Below are positions 1-7,257 of a stretch of 41,174 nucleotides of DNA, one piece after another. The notes beneath the pieces are model-generated. The model did not search any database. It saw nothing but the letters and a program-made list of their open reading frames with translations, and had not been told where the DNA came from. The position numbers were made by a program, and so were the translations under genes. This DNA is from an uncultured Methyloversatilis sp. GTDB lineage: Bacteria > Pseudomonadota > Gammaproteobacteria > Burkholderiales > Rhodocyclaceae. The DNA is taken from NCBI GenBank assembly GCA_964586275.1, contig CAZPIE010000001.1, positions 1 to 41,174 of the forward strand, in the 5' to 3' direction. Position 1 is the first letter of the stretch. Each line of letters opens with the position of its first letter.

Positions 1-90
1 GCTGGTCATGCGAATTCCCGGCTGGAAATAATGAAGCCGGATTTTATTGTCTTAACTTTCATGATGCGAAACACCCTGCATCATGAAAAG

Positions 91-176
91 GCCCGCCCCC
101 CTTCGCCCCCCTCGCGGGGGGTTCGCAACGGCTCGCTGCGCTCGATATTACGGGGAGTCCTCAACAAAGCGTTCGG
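91..176. repeat. Dispersed ~85-bp structured repeat (family B), copy 1, intergenic
   Basis: 91-125 is the exact reverse complement of 23770-23804 (35 bp); 50/55 identity over 91-145; weaker similarity to 176. Contains a C6-TCGC-G6 hairpin and GCTCGCTGCGCTCG. Confidence 0.9.
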
Positions 177-234
177 CGCGTGCCGCGCTTCCTTGGGGCG
201 GCCCGGCGGAAGCGCTGCGGTTTTTCACGTTAAC

Positions 235-651
235 TCAAGATGCGGGCGTGCAGGTAAAGTCCGCGCTCGTAAAGTCCGGATACTGCTTGGCGGCGCCGAT
301 GACATGGCCCACCCACCAGAGCGCCAGGAAGGTTTGTAGCTCGCTCGGGTCGAAGTTTTCCGCCGTGAGAATCTCGGCGGCAAGGTGCTCGAACTCCTCC
401 TGCTCGCTTCTATGGTCGTCCAGACCAGGGTAGCCAATGTCCGCCAGCAGTTTTTCCTCGGTCGCGAAATGAGCCCGGGCGCTGGTCATCAGCTCGGCAA
501 AGAGCTGGTCGAATTTGAGGTTTCCCGCATCGCCGGGGTCGTCCAGGCAATCGGCCAGCGCATTGCATTGCTCGAGGAAATGCTTGTGCTGCGCGTCGAG
601 AAGGTCGTTGCCCACGCTATAGCGCGGGTCCCAGTGCACCCGATTGGGCAT
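235..651 (-). CDS. Bacteriohemerythrin-like protein with atypical ligand set
   Basis: N-terminal W-x3-YSVG-x3-LD-x-QH, HFATEE, GYPGLDDH and WWVGH follow the hemerythrin pattern; two canonical ligands are substituted (Q84, A121). Confidence 0.85.
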   Translation of the reverse strand: MPNRVHWDPRYSVGNDLLDAQHKHFLEQCNALADCLDDPGDAGNLKFDQLFAELMTSARAHFATEEKLLADIGYPGLDDHRSEQEEFEHLAAEILTAENFDPSELQTFLALWWVGHVIGAAKQYPDFTSADFTCTPAS

Positions 652-663
652 GATGTCTCCCGA

Positions 664-1092
664 TCAAAAGCCTAAAGATTCGACGACGGCCAAGAGGTCG
701 GCGAAGCTGGCGGCTTCGAGTTTGGCCTTGAGCGCCGCCTTGTCCAGTCCATCGCATTCGAATGCGGTCAGGCCGACTTCGAAGGGCAGTTCGCGGATTT
801 CCAGCGGCGACATGAAGCCGATATTGCAGATGTGAGTGATGCAGCGGCGCTCCGGTTCGCTAAGCGGGATGCCGTGTTCGCGCAGGATTTCGAGGTAGCG
901 TTCGGCCGTGCGGTTGAGCTTGCCGCTGATCTCCATGGTGTTCTTCTGGCCGTCGGTGAGGATGGCCAGCGGCGGTCCGAAGAACACCGGCGTCTTGCCG
1001 ACGTTGCGGGTTTTTTCCTCGCGCGTCAGCGCCGGGGGGACCCACGTGGGGTCCCCCCGGACTGGCTTGGGCTGCTCGGGGGAATCGGCCAT
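664..1092 (-). CDS. Hypothetical protein (142 aa, MADSPEQPK...VESLGF)
   Basis: C-terminal part of track ORF 664..1569; ATG at 1092 overlaps the cytochrome c stop (TGATG coupling). A later start (MEISG) cannot be excluded. Confidence 0.7.
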   Translation of the reverse strand: MADSPEQPKPVRGDPTWVPPALTREEKTRNVGKTPVFFGPPLAILTDGQKNTMEISGKLNRTAERYLEILREHGIPLSEPERRCITHICNIGFMSPLEIRELPFEVGLTAFECDGLDKAALKAKLEAASFADLLAVVESLGF

Positions 1093-1928
1093 CAATGCGG
1101 AACGGGATGGACGAGTTCGTGCTTGGCATCCTTCATGCCCTTGGCGAGCTGGGGCGGGGGCTCGGGCTGGAGCTGGACGAAGCCCTTGTTGCGCTCGCCG
1201 TCCTGGACGTTGTGCGGGTTGTGGCATTCGGTGCAGGTAAACCAGCGCTTCTTGCCGTTGCTCGTGAACTCGCCGATGCGCTTGCCGTGGATGCCGTCGC
1301 GCCAGTCGCGCAGCTTGTCGCCGTGGCACTTGCCGCAGAGCAGCTGCGGCTGGTCGAAGCTGACCGGGTCGCCAAAGTTGTCGACCAGCTTGTTGCGCTG
1401 GGTGGTGTGGTGGCAATCCATGCACCAGAGGCGCTCGCGGCCATGCTGGAAGTTGGCGAGATCCGGCACCATGGCGGCCATGGTCGGAATCGGTGTCGGC
1501 TTCTTGTCCTTCGGCAGGGTCGGGGGGGAGAACTGGGGGCCGACGCCGTTGTGGCAAGCGGTGCCGCACATCGGCATCAGGGCCAGCTTCTCGGAACGCG
1601 GCTTGACAAGCGCGTGGCCTTCCGGAATGTTCTCCAGGCCCGGCATCTTGCCCATCGGCACCGTGCCCTCGAAGGGGTCACCGTACCAGAGCGCCGCGCC
1701 CGTCGTCGGCGAGCACTTGACGTTCGGCCAGCCCGGTTTGATCTCCCGCTGGGTGATTTCCGAACTGCCCTTGCGGCTTTCGAAGCAGACCACGGGCTCG
1801 ACCGCCGCCGCTTCCGCGGGAGCCGTTTCGGCTTGCGCGGGCGCGGCCTTTTTCTCCTCCGCGACGGCGGCGTACAGCACACCGCCGCAGAGGGCGATAA
1901 CGCTTGTGTAAAGAGCGAATTTTTTCAT
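1092..1928 (-). CDS. Periplasmic multiheme cytochrome c (3 CxxCH + 1 CxxxCH)
   Basis: Sec-type signal peptide; motifs CGTACH, CMDCH, CGKCH, CTECH; extra His in QHG, GIHG, NPH as candidate distal ligands. Confidence 0.9.
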   Translation of the reverse strand: MKKFALYTSVIALCGGVLYAAVAEEKKAAPAQAETAPAEAAAVEPVVCFESRKGSSEITQREIKPGWPNVKCSPTTGAALWYGDPFEGTVPMGKMPGLENIPEGHALVKPRSEKLALMPMCGTACHNGVGPQFSPPTLPKDKKPTPIPTMAAMVPDLANFQHGRERLWCMDCHHTTQRNKLVDNFGDPVSFDQPQLLCGKCHGDKLRDWRDGIHGKRIGEFTSNGKKRWFTCTECHNPHNVQDGERNKGFVQLQPEPPPQLAKGMKDAKHELVHPVPH

Positions 1929-1938
1929 GATCGTTGCC

Positions 1939-3156
1939 TCACTTCGCCGCGGCCGCCTGGCCGCCGTACTTGATCTCGCCCTGCAGGATGCCGATGGCGC
2001 CCTTGAGCAGGATGGTCAGGATGAAGAAGCCGAACGCCCAGATGCCCAGCGTCATCAGCACCTCGACAAAGCTCGGGTAGTACTCGGTCACCTCGCCGAT
2101 CGGAGAGGGGATGAAGCCGGGAACGATCAGGCCCATGCCCTTTTCGATCCAGATGCCGGCAAAGGCCATCGCGCAGGGGATCGGCAGCAGCTTGAAGTCG
2201 TTGCGAAAGCGCGGGATCAGGAACAGGATGAAGGCGCCGACCATCAGCACCACTGCGCTCCAGAACCACGGGACGAGCTTGGTCAGGCCGTGCAGGCCGA
2301 ACATCAGGTAGTAGAGGCCGTTGGCGTGCTCGGTGCGGGCGTAGAGCTCGACCACGACTTCCGACATGGTCAGGAAGATGGCGATGCCGAGGCACCAGGT
2401 AACGATGGTGGTCAATAGCTTGATCGCGCTGTCATCGACCCAGAACTTGGTGTTGTTGCGGACGATCAGGAAGATCAGGATGATCAGCGCGGGGCCGGCC
2501 GCAAACGCGGTGGTGATGAAGCGGATCGGCATCATGCTGTGATGCCACATCGGACGCGCCGGCATGGTCGAGATCAGGAAGGCGGTGACGGTGTGGATCG
2601 ACAGCGCCCAGACGATCGCGATCCAGACCACCGGGATGAACCATTTCTTGTTGAGCGGGTTGCCGGTGTATTTGCACCACAGGTAGTAAAAGCCGCAGAC
2701 GAGGTTGAGGATCAGGTAGCCGTTGAGCACCATCACGTCCCAGCCCAGCATCGACGAGAAGCTGTAGATGCCCCAGGGCGGGATCATGTGCCACAGGCGG
2801 TCGGGCCGGCCCATGTGGGCAAAGACGAACATCATCACCATGATCACGGCGGTGATCGCCAGCATCTCGCCCAGCACGGCTACCTTGTGCATGCCTTCGT
2901 GGTGATAGCCGTAGGCCGGGAAGACGATGGTCACCGCCCCGGCGGCGACGCCGACCAGGAACACCAGGTTGGCGAAGTAGAGGCCGTCGTGGATCTGGCT
3001 GGTCATGCCGGTGACGATCAGACCATCTGTATTTTGCAGGTAAAAGACGTACAGCATGCAGAGGATGAGCACGCCAAGCGAGCCCATCCATGCATAGAAC
3101 TTGGTGCCGCCCTTGAGGACGTAGCGCACATAGTCGGAAACGAAACTGGTCAGCAC
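1939..3156 (-). CDS. NrfD/PsrC-family quinol-interacting membrane subunit
   Basis: About ten hydrophobic segments; GLYFANLVFLVGVAAG and HMGRPDR motifs typical of the NrfD family; GTG start; adjacent to the 4Fe-4S subunit. Confidence 0.9.
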   Translation of the reverse strand: MLTSFVSDYVRYVLKGGTKFYAWMGSLGVLILCMLYVFYLQNTDGLIVTGMTSQIHDGLYFANLVFLVGVAAGAVTIVFPAYGYHHEGMHKVAVLGEMLAITAVIMVMMFVFAHMGRPDRLWHMIPPWGIYSFSSMLGWDVMVLNGYLILNLVCGFYYLWCKYTGNPLNKKWFIPVVWIAIVWALSIHTVTAFLISTMPARPMWHHSMMPIRFITTAFAAGPALIILIFLIVRNNTKFWVDDSAIKLLTTIVTWCLGIAIFLTMSEVVVELYARTEHANGLYYLMFGLHGLTKLVPWFWSAVVLMVGAFILFLIPRFRNDFKLLPIPCAMAFAGIWIEKGMGLIVPGFIPSPIGEVTEYYPSFVEVLMTLGIWAFGFFILTILLKGAIGILQGEIKYGGQAAAAK

Positions 3157-3166
3157 GGTCCGCTCC

Positions 3167-4261
3167 TCAATCGTAGAAGTAGAAGAATTTGGGGAAGGTG
3201 TTCAGATCCGCCTTGAGGCGGAACACGTTCTTCCGCGCCAGGATCAGGCTCACTTCGCTTTCGGGGTCGAGCAGGTTGCCGAACTTGCGCGCACCGACCG
3301 GGCAGACCTCGACGCAGGCCGGGTAACGGCCGTGGCGGCTGCGCTGCAGGCACCAGTGGCACTTCTCGACGACGCCGCGCATGCGCGGCCGGTTGCCGAG
3401 GTAGTGCGTCACCGGGTTCATTTCCGCCTTGGGCAGGACGGGGTTGGTGACGTTGAGGCGGCGCGCCCAGTAGGGGCAGGCGCCCATGCACATGCGGCAG
3501 CCGATGCACCAGTTGTAGTCGATCACGACCACGCCATCGCCTTCCCGATAGGTGGTGCGCACCGGGCAGACCTTGACGCAGGGCGGTTTCTCGCACTGCA
3601 TGCAGGCGATCGGCATGTAGTTCGCGTCGTCCTCCGGCACCTTCTCGGGGTTGTAGTGGTACTGCCCTTCGAGGACTTGGCCTGCCGGCGTGTAGGCATT
3701 GCCGCCGACCTGGATGCCGAGACCTTCGGGGTAGCCCTGGTTCATCTTGCCGGCGTCGAACTTGCCGCGCTCCATGCGCAACACCTGGATCCACTCGATT
3801 TTCTCGCCCGCGCGCCTGGTGCCGCGCGACTGGTTATTCTCGGCGACACAGGCATGGACGCAGCGGCGGCAACCGATACATTTGCGGATGTTGAGGGCGT
3901 AGCCCATGAGCACTCCGGGCTGCGCGTCGGTGGTGTCGACGGTGACAGGTTTTCCATACTCGGCGGAGTAGCGCTTCTCCAGCCGCGCACGCGCCTCGGC
4001 CTTTTCCTGGTCCGTCATCAGCCGGTAGTTTTTCTGGAAATGTTCCGCCCATTCAACCGCCGCGTGCGCATCGTCCGTCTGCGCCATCAGCGCCGCCGTC
4101 CCCATCAGCGACGACAGGCTCAGCATGCCGCCCGTCTTCAGGAAGTCGCGGCGCGTGGTTTTCAGGACTGCCTGGGCAGGGTCCGCAGAGACCGGCTGCA
4201 GCGGGCGTTCGGAAGTGTTTTCCTTGGCCGAAAAAGCCGCGGAGTGCTTGCTAGGGATCAC
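3167..4261 (-). CDS. Tat-exported 4Fe-4S dicluster protein (NrfC/PsrB/DsrO-like)
   Basis: Twin-arginine TRRDFLK; Cys groups CIGCRRCVHAC, CMQCEKPPCVKVC, CIGCRMCMGAC, CHWC..CVEVC; RKFGNLLDPESEV tail. Start (GTG 4261) approximate. Confidence 0.92.
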   Translation of the reverse strand: MIPSKHSAAFSAKENTSERPLQPVSADPAQAVLKTTRRDFLKTGGMLSLSSLMGTAALMAQTDDAHAAVEWAEHFQKNYRLMTDQEKAEARARLEKRYSAEYGKPVTVDTTDAQPGVLMGYALNIRKCIGCRRCVHACVAENNQSRGTRRAGEKIEWIQVLRMERGKFDAGKMNQGYPEGLGIQVGGNAYTPAGQVLEGQYHYNPEKVPEDDANYMPIACMQCEKPPCVKVCPVRTTYREGDGVVVIDYNWCIGCRMCMGACPYWARRLNVTNPVLPKAEMNPVTHYLGNRPRMRGVVEKCHWCLQRSRHGRYPACVEVCPVGARKFGNLLDPESEVSLILARKNVFRLKADLNTFPKFFYFYD

Positions 4262-4346
4262 AGTGATTCTCCTGTAGGGAGCAGTTTTATGCTGAAAAAT
4301 GGAAAAAGTCGGCGCGCGATGTTGTCATGATTTTTTTGGGCAGCTT

Positions 4347-4360
4347 TTGATCGCAGTCAA
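4347..4360 (-). promoter_or_regulatory. FNR/Dnr-type binding site upstream of the respiratory operon
   Basis: TTGATCGCAGTCAA matches TTGAT-N4-ATCAA at 9/10 positions, 86 bp upstream of the 4Fe-4S gene start. Confidence 0.75.
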
Positions 4361-4648
4361 CAGTTTGCTTTTTCAGGCTGCTGGCGGGTTTGCTCTGATC
4401 CGTGGCCGACCAAACCCGCTGAAAACCTATTGGCTCACACTCGCTTCGCATAATCTTTCACAGGCACCCATGCTGCTCCGGTCGCCAGATCGGCGACTGT
4501 CGAAACGGGCTGCCGATGAACCTGTCGAAGCAAGGCCAGGCGTTTAACGATTGGAATCGGTGCAGCCGAGCTTGTCAAATGATTGGCACATACCTGTCAC
4601 AGGAGTGTTCCATGGAAGGGCAAGCGTTTCCAGGAATGCCAAATGAAC

Positions 4649-4678
4649 AAGACCAACCGCCGCCAAGCGGTTGGCCTT
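4649..4678 (-). terminator. Probable terminator downstream of tRNA-Met
   Basis: Stem CCAACCGC/GCGGTTGG (4653-4674) followed on the minus strand by T-rich TCTTGTTCATTT; begins about 14 nt after the tRNA CCA end. Confidence 0.55.
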
Positions 4679-4687
4679 ATCGATATT

Positions 4688-4764
4688 TGGTTGCGGGGGC
4701 AAGATTTGAACTTGCGACCTTCGGGTTATGAGCCCGACGAGCTGCCAGACTGCTCCACCCCGCG
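4688..4764 (-). tRNA. tRNA-Met (initiator, CAT)
   Basis: CGCGGGGTGGAGCAGTCTGGCAGCTCGTCGGGCTCATAACCCGAAGGTCGCAAGTTCAAATCTTGCCCCCGCAACCA: C1-A72 mismatch, three G-C pairs closing the anticodon stem, encoded CCA. Confidence 0.98.
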
Positions 4765-4774
4765 GCAGGCCGCC

Positions 4775-4804
4775 ATTATGCAACAAATGCTGCAGGTGCG
4801 TCAA
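4775..4804 (-). promoter_or_regulatory. Sigma70-type promoter for tRNA-Met
   Basis: Minus strand TTGACG-18bp-CATAAT followed by a GC-rich discriminator GGCGGCC, ending 10 nt before the tRNA. Confidence 0.65.
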
Positions 4805-4835
4805 TGAAATTGACGAAAATAGTGGCGAAACCGGC

Positions 4836-6605
4836 TCAGCCCGCCAACACGCGATTCTTGCCGGCGCGCTTGGCGAGGTACATGGCGTTGTCGGCGCGTT
4901 TGAGGGCATCGGATGCCGTCTCGTCGGCGCCGAGTTCCGCGACGCCGCAGCTGAAGGTGATGAGCACCTTGTCGTTGTTGTGCAGGAAGAAGCGCCGCGT
5001 GAGTTCGCGCTGGACGCGCGTCATGGCCGTGACGGCATCTTCGAGCGCGGTGTTGGGCAGGAGCACGACGAACTCTTCTCCGCCGTAACGCGCCAGCGTG
5101 TCCTCGGGCCGGATGGTTTCCCCGACGACCTTGGCCAGATGCACCAGCGCGGCGTCGCCGGCGGCGTGGCCGAGCGTATCGTTGAGCTTCTTGAAGTTGT
5201 CGATGTCGAGCAGGGCGAGGCAGAGCTGGCTGCCGTGGCGCTTGGCCCGCGAGGCTTCCGTTTCCAGGGCGTCATCCATGCCCTTGCGATTGAGGGCGCC
5301 GGTGAGCGGATCTTGCCGCACCAGTTCGCTGGCGCTGGCGAGCTCCTGCTGCAGGCGCGCCACTTCACTCTCGGCTGCCTCGACTTTCTTGCGCATCTCC
5401 TGCAGTTCGTCATGCGTGCGTTGCGCGTCGAGCTGGACGGCGCGGGTTTCGTGCATCACCTCGTCGAGCACCGCGGTCAGTTCGGAGATGTCGCTGGCCT
5501 TGCTGATCTTGTCGGCGCACTGTTCGATCTTGTCGTGATAGTTGCCGGTCGAGGCCGAAAAGCCGGCGAGGCGGTCGACGAAGGTGGCGAGCATCGCCTT
5601 GAGCTGGTCCTGCGCGTCGGTCAGGCTTTTCTTCAGCGCGCTCTGCTTGTAGATCACCTCCTTCATGCGCCGCTCGACTTCGTCGAGTTGCCGCAGGTTG
5701 AGCGGCTGGGCGAAGAGTTCGAGCACGGTGGCGATCTGGCCCTGCAGCCACTGGTCGTCGATGACCAGTTCGTTGATGTTGTCGATCACCAGGTGCAGCA
5801 GATGCAGCAGCGACGCACGCAATTCCGCCTGGTCCTCGGCGACGAAATGCAGGCGGTAGCCGAAGCGCTTCATCGCGGCGATCAAGGCGGCGATCTCGGC
5901 CGGACTGCGCGCGCTCCGCGCGGCCTGGGCGAGACGCGCGGCCTCGGTGGCCATCTCGGGGTTGTCGGCGAGCACGATGCCGATGGCCGTTTCCAGCAGC
6001 TGGGCCAGCAGGTCGAGCAAGTCCGCGGTCGTGTTGCCGGCCGGGGCGGCGGCGGGCGCCGCAGAAGTCGGCGCTGGCGGGACGGCGCCCGGACTGTCGG
6101 CGGCGGTTTCGGCAGGGGGGGCGGCCGCGGTCGCGGTTTCCAGCGCCCCGCCCTGCGCCCAGTTTTTCAACAAACCCTGCAGGCGCGTATAGAGCAGGTC
6201 GGGCGCGGTCGAGGCGCTGAGCACATGGTCGAGCGCCTCGCGCTTCCTGGCTGGCGTCAGGTCGGCCTGGCGCGCCTCGAGTCTCAGCACCAGGTCGCGG
6301 ATCAGCGCCGACCAGTTCGGCGGCTCGGCGGCGTGTTTGTTCAGCAGGTCCGCGAGGGCGGACTTGAGCCCGTCCCAGTTGCGGTCGCCGATGGCGCCAT
6401 CGAGCTGGCGCGCGAAGCGCAGCTGCTCGGGGGTGCCGCGCGGCAGGCTGCCGGCCAACGCCTTGAAGGATTTTTCCGGGAACGCTTCGTGCTCGACGGT
6501 TCCGGCGATCTCGTAATACAGCGAGCGGTAATTGTCGGGCGTCGGTGGCGTGCGCTGCTGGGCCAGCCGCTTCAGGGTTTCGCGCGCGATTTCGAACGGG
6601 TTCAT
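4836..6605 (-). CDS. Diguanylate cyclase with long helical N-terminus
   Basis: DPLTGALNR, DIDNFKKLND, intact GGEEF and RPED I-site, ADNAMYLAK; no transmembrane segment seen. Confidence 0.95.
   Translation of the reverse strand: MNPFEIARETLKRLAQQRTPPTPDNYRSLYYEIAGTVEHEAFPEKSFKALAGSLPRGTPEQLRFARQLDGAIGDRNWDGLKSALADLLNKHAAEPPNWSALIRDLVLRLEARQADLTPARKREALDHVLSASTAPDLLYTRLQGLLKNWAQGGALETATAAAPPAETAADSPGAVPPAPTSAAPAAAPAGNTTADLLDLLAQLLETAIGIVLADNPEMATEAARLAQAARSARSPAEIAALIAAMKRFGYRLHFVAEDQAELRASLLHLLHLVIDNINELVIDDQWLQGQIATVLELFAQPLNLRQLDEVERRMKEVIYKQSALKKSLTDAQDQLKAMLATFVDRLAGFSASTGNYHDKIEQCADKISKASDISELTAVLDEVMHETRAVQLDAQRTHDELQEMRKKVEAAESEVARLQQELASASELVRQDPLTGALNRKGMDDALETEASRAKRHGSQLCLALLDIDNFKKLNDTLGHAAGDAALVHLAKVVGETIRPEDTLARYGGEEFVVLLPNTALEDAVTAMTRVQRELTRRFFLHNNDKVLITFSCGVAELGADETASDALKRADNAMYLAKRAGKNRVLAG
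6065..6086 (+). repeat. 22-bp intragenic motif (family A) copy 1, in the diguanylate cyclase linker, read as AVPPAPTS
   Basis: AAGTCGGCGCTGGCGGGACGGC; 6065-6092 is identical to 17517-17544 (28 bp). Confidence 0.93.
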
Positions 6606-6614
6606 CGGGACGCT

Positions 6615-7256
6615 TTATTCGACGAGGCCATGGCGCAGGCCATAGTGGATGAGTTCGGCGGTGCTCTTGAGCCCCATCTTTTCCAGCAGGCGGGCGCGGT
6701 AGGTGCTCACCGTGGCGACGCCGAGATTCAGTTCGTCGGCGATCTGGGTGAGCGGCTTGCCCTTGGCGATCAGTACCAGCACCTGATACTCGCGATCGGT
6801 GATGCGCTCGTGCGGCAGCTTCTCGGTATCGTCGGCGATGGCCTCCACGAGCTGCTGCGCGACGCCGGGGCTGACATACTTCTTGCCGCGCGCGACCTGG
6901 CGGATCGCGGTGACTAGCTGGTCCGGCGCACTCTGCTTGGTGAGGTAGCCGGAAGCGCCGGCCTTCAGCGCGCGCAGAGCATATTGCTCCTCGGGGTGCA
7001 TGCTGAGGATCAGCACCGGCTGCTTGGGGAACTCGCGCTTGAGCTGCTTGAGCGTATCGATGCCGTTGCGGTTGGGCATCGAGATGTCGAGCAGGAAGAC
7101 ATCCCATTCGTTCTGCCGCGCGACCTGCAGCGCATCGACGCCGTCGTCGGCCTCGCCGCAGACGACCAGATCCTCGGTTTCGGAAAAGATCTGCTTGAAG
7201 CCCTGACGCACGATGGCGTGGTCGTCGGCGATGAGGACGCGAATTTTTTCCGACAT
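6615..7256 (-). CDS. NarL/UvrY(GacA)-family response regulator
   Basis: REC domain (ADDH, LLDISMP, GYLTK) plus LuxR HTH (ITDREYQVL...TVSTYRARLLEKM). Confidence 0.95.
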   Translation of the reverse strand: MSEKIRVLIADDHAIVRQGFKQIFSETEDLVVCGEADDGVDALQVARQNEWDVFLLDISMPNRNGIDTLKQLKREFPKQPVLILSMHPEEQYALRALKAGASGYLTKQSAPDQLVTAIRQVARGKKYVSPGVAQQLVEAIADDTEKLPHERITDREYQVLVLIAKGKPLTQIADELNLGVATVSTYRARLLEKMGLKSTAELIHYGLRHGLVE

Positions 7257-7257
7257 G

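Noticed and set aside
1..9. Possible minus-strand start (CAT at 7-9) of a gene leaving the window
   Set aside because: Only three codons are visible, so it cannot be supported.
185..225. Hairpin GCGCTTCC/GGAAGCGC with T-run as the hemerythrin terminator
   Set aside because: The T-run is on the strand opposite the gene and the loop is 15 nt; role unsupported.
31..433. Plus-strand ORFs 31..339 and 83..433
   Set aside because: They translate the family B repeat and the antisense of the hemerythrin gene; no recognisable protein features.
4094..4115. Partial motif-like matches (4094, 13854, 20248, 30784, 39775)
   Set aside because: Only 8-12 bp, or needing indels; explained by the encoded peptides and GC content.
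4583..4599. Sigma54 promoter at TTGGCAC
   Set aside because: The -12 TTGC element is missing at the required spacing.
4728..6917. Long antisense and alternate-frame ORFs (e.g. 729 aa here, 643 aa at 9158, 693 aa at 16370, 728 aa at 19653)
   Set aside because: Shadow ORFs expected opposite real genes in high-GC DNA; no motifs, and they overlap well-supported genes.
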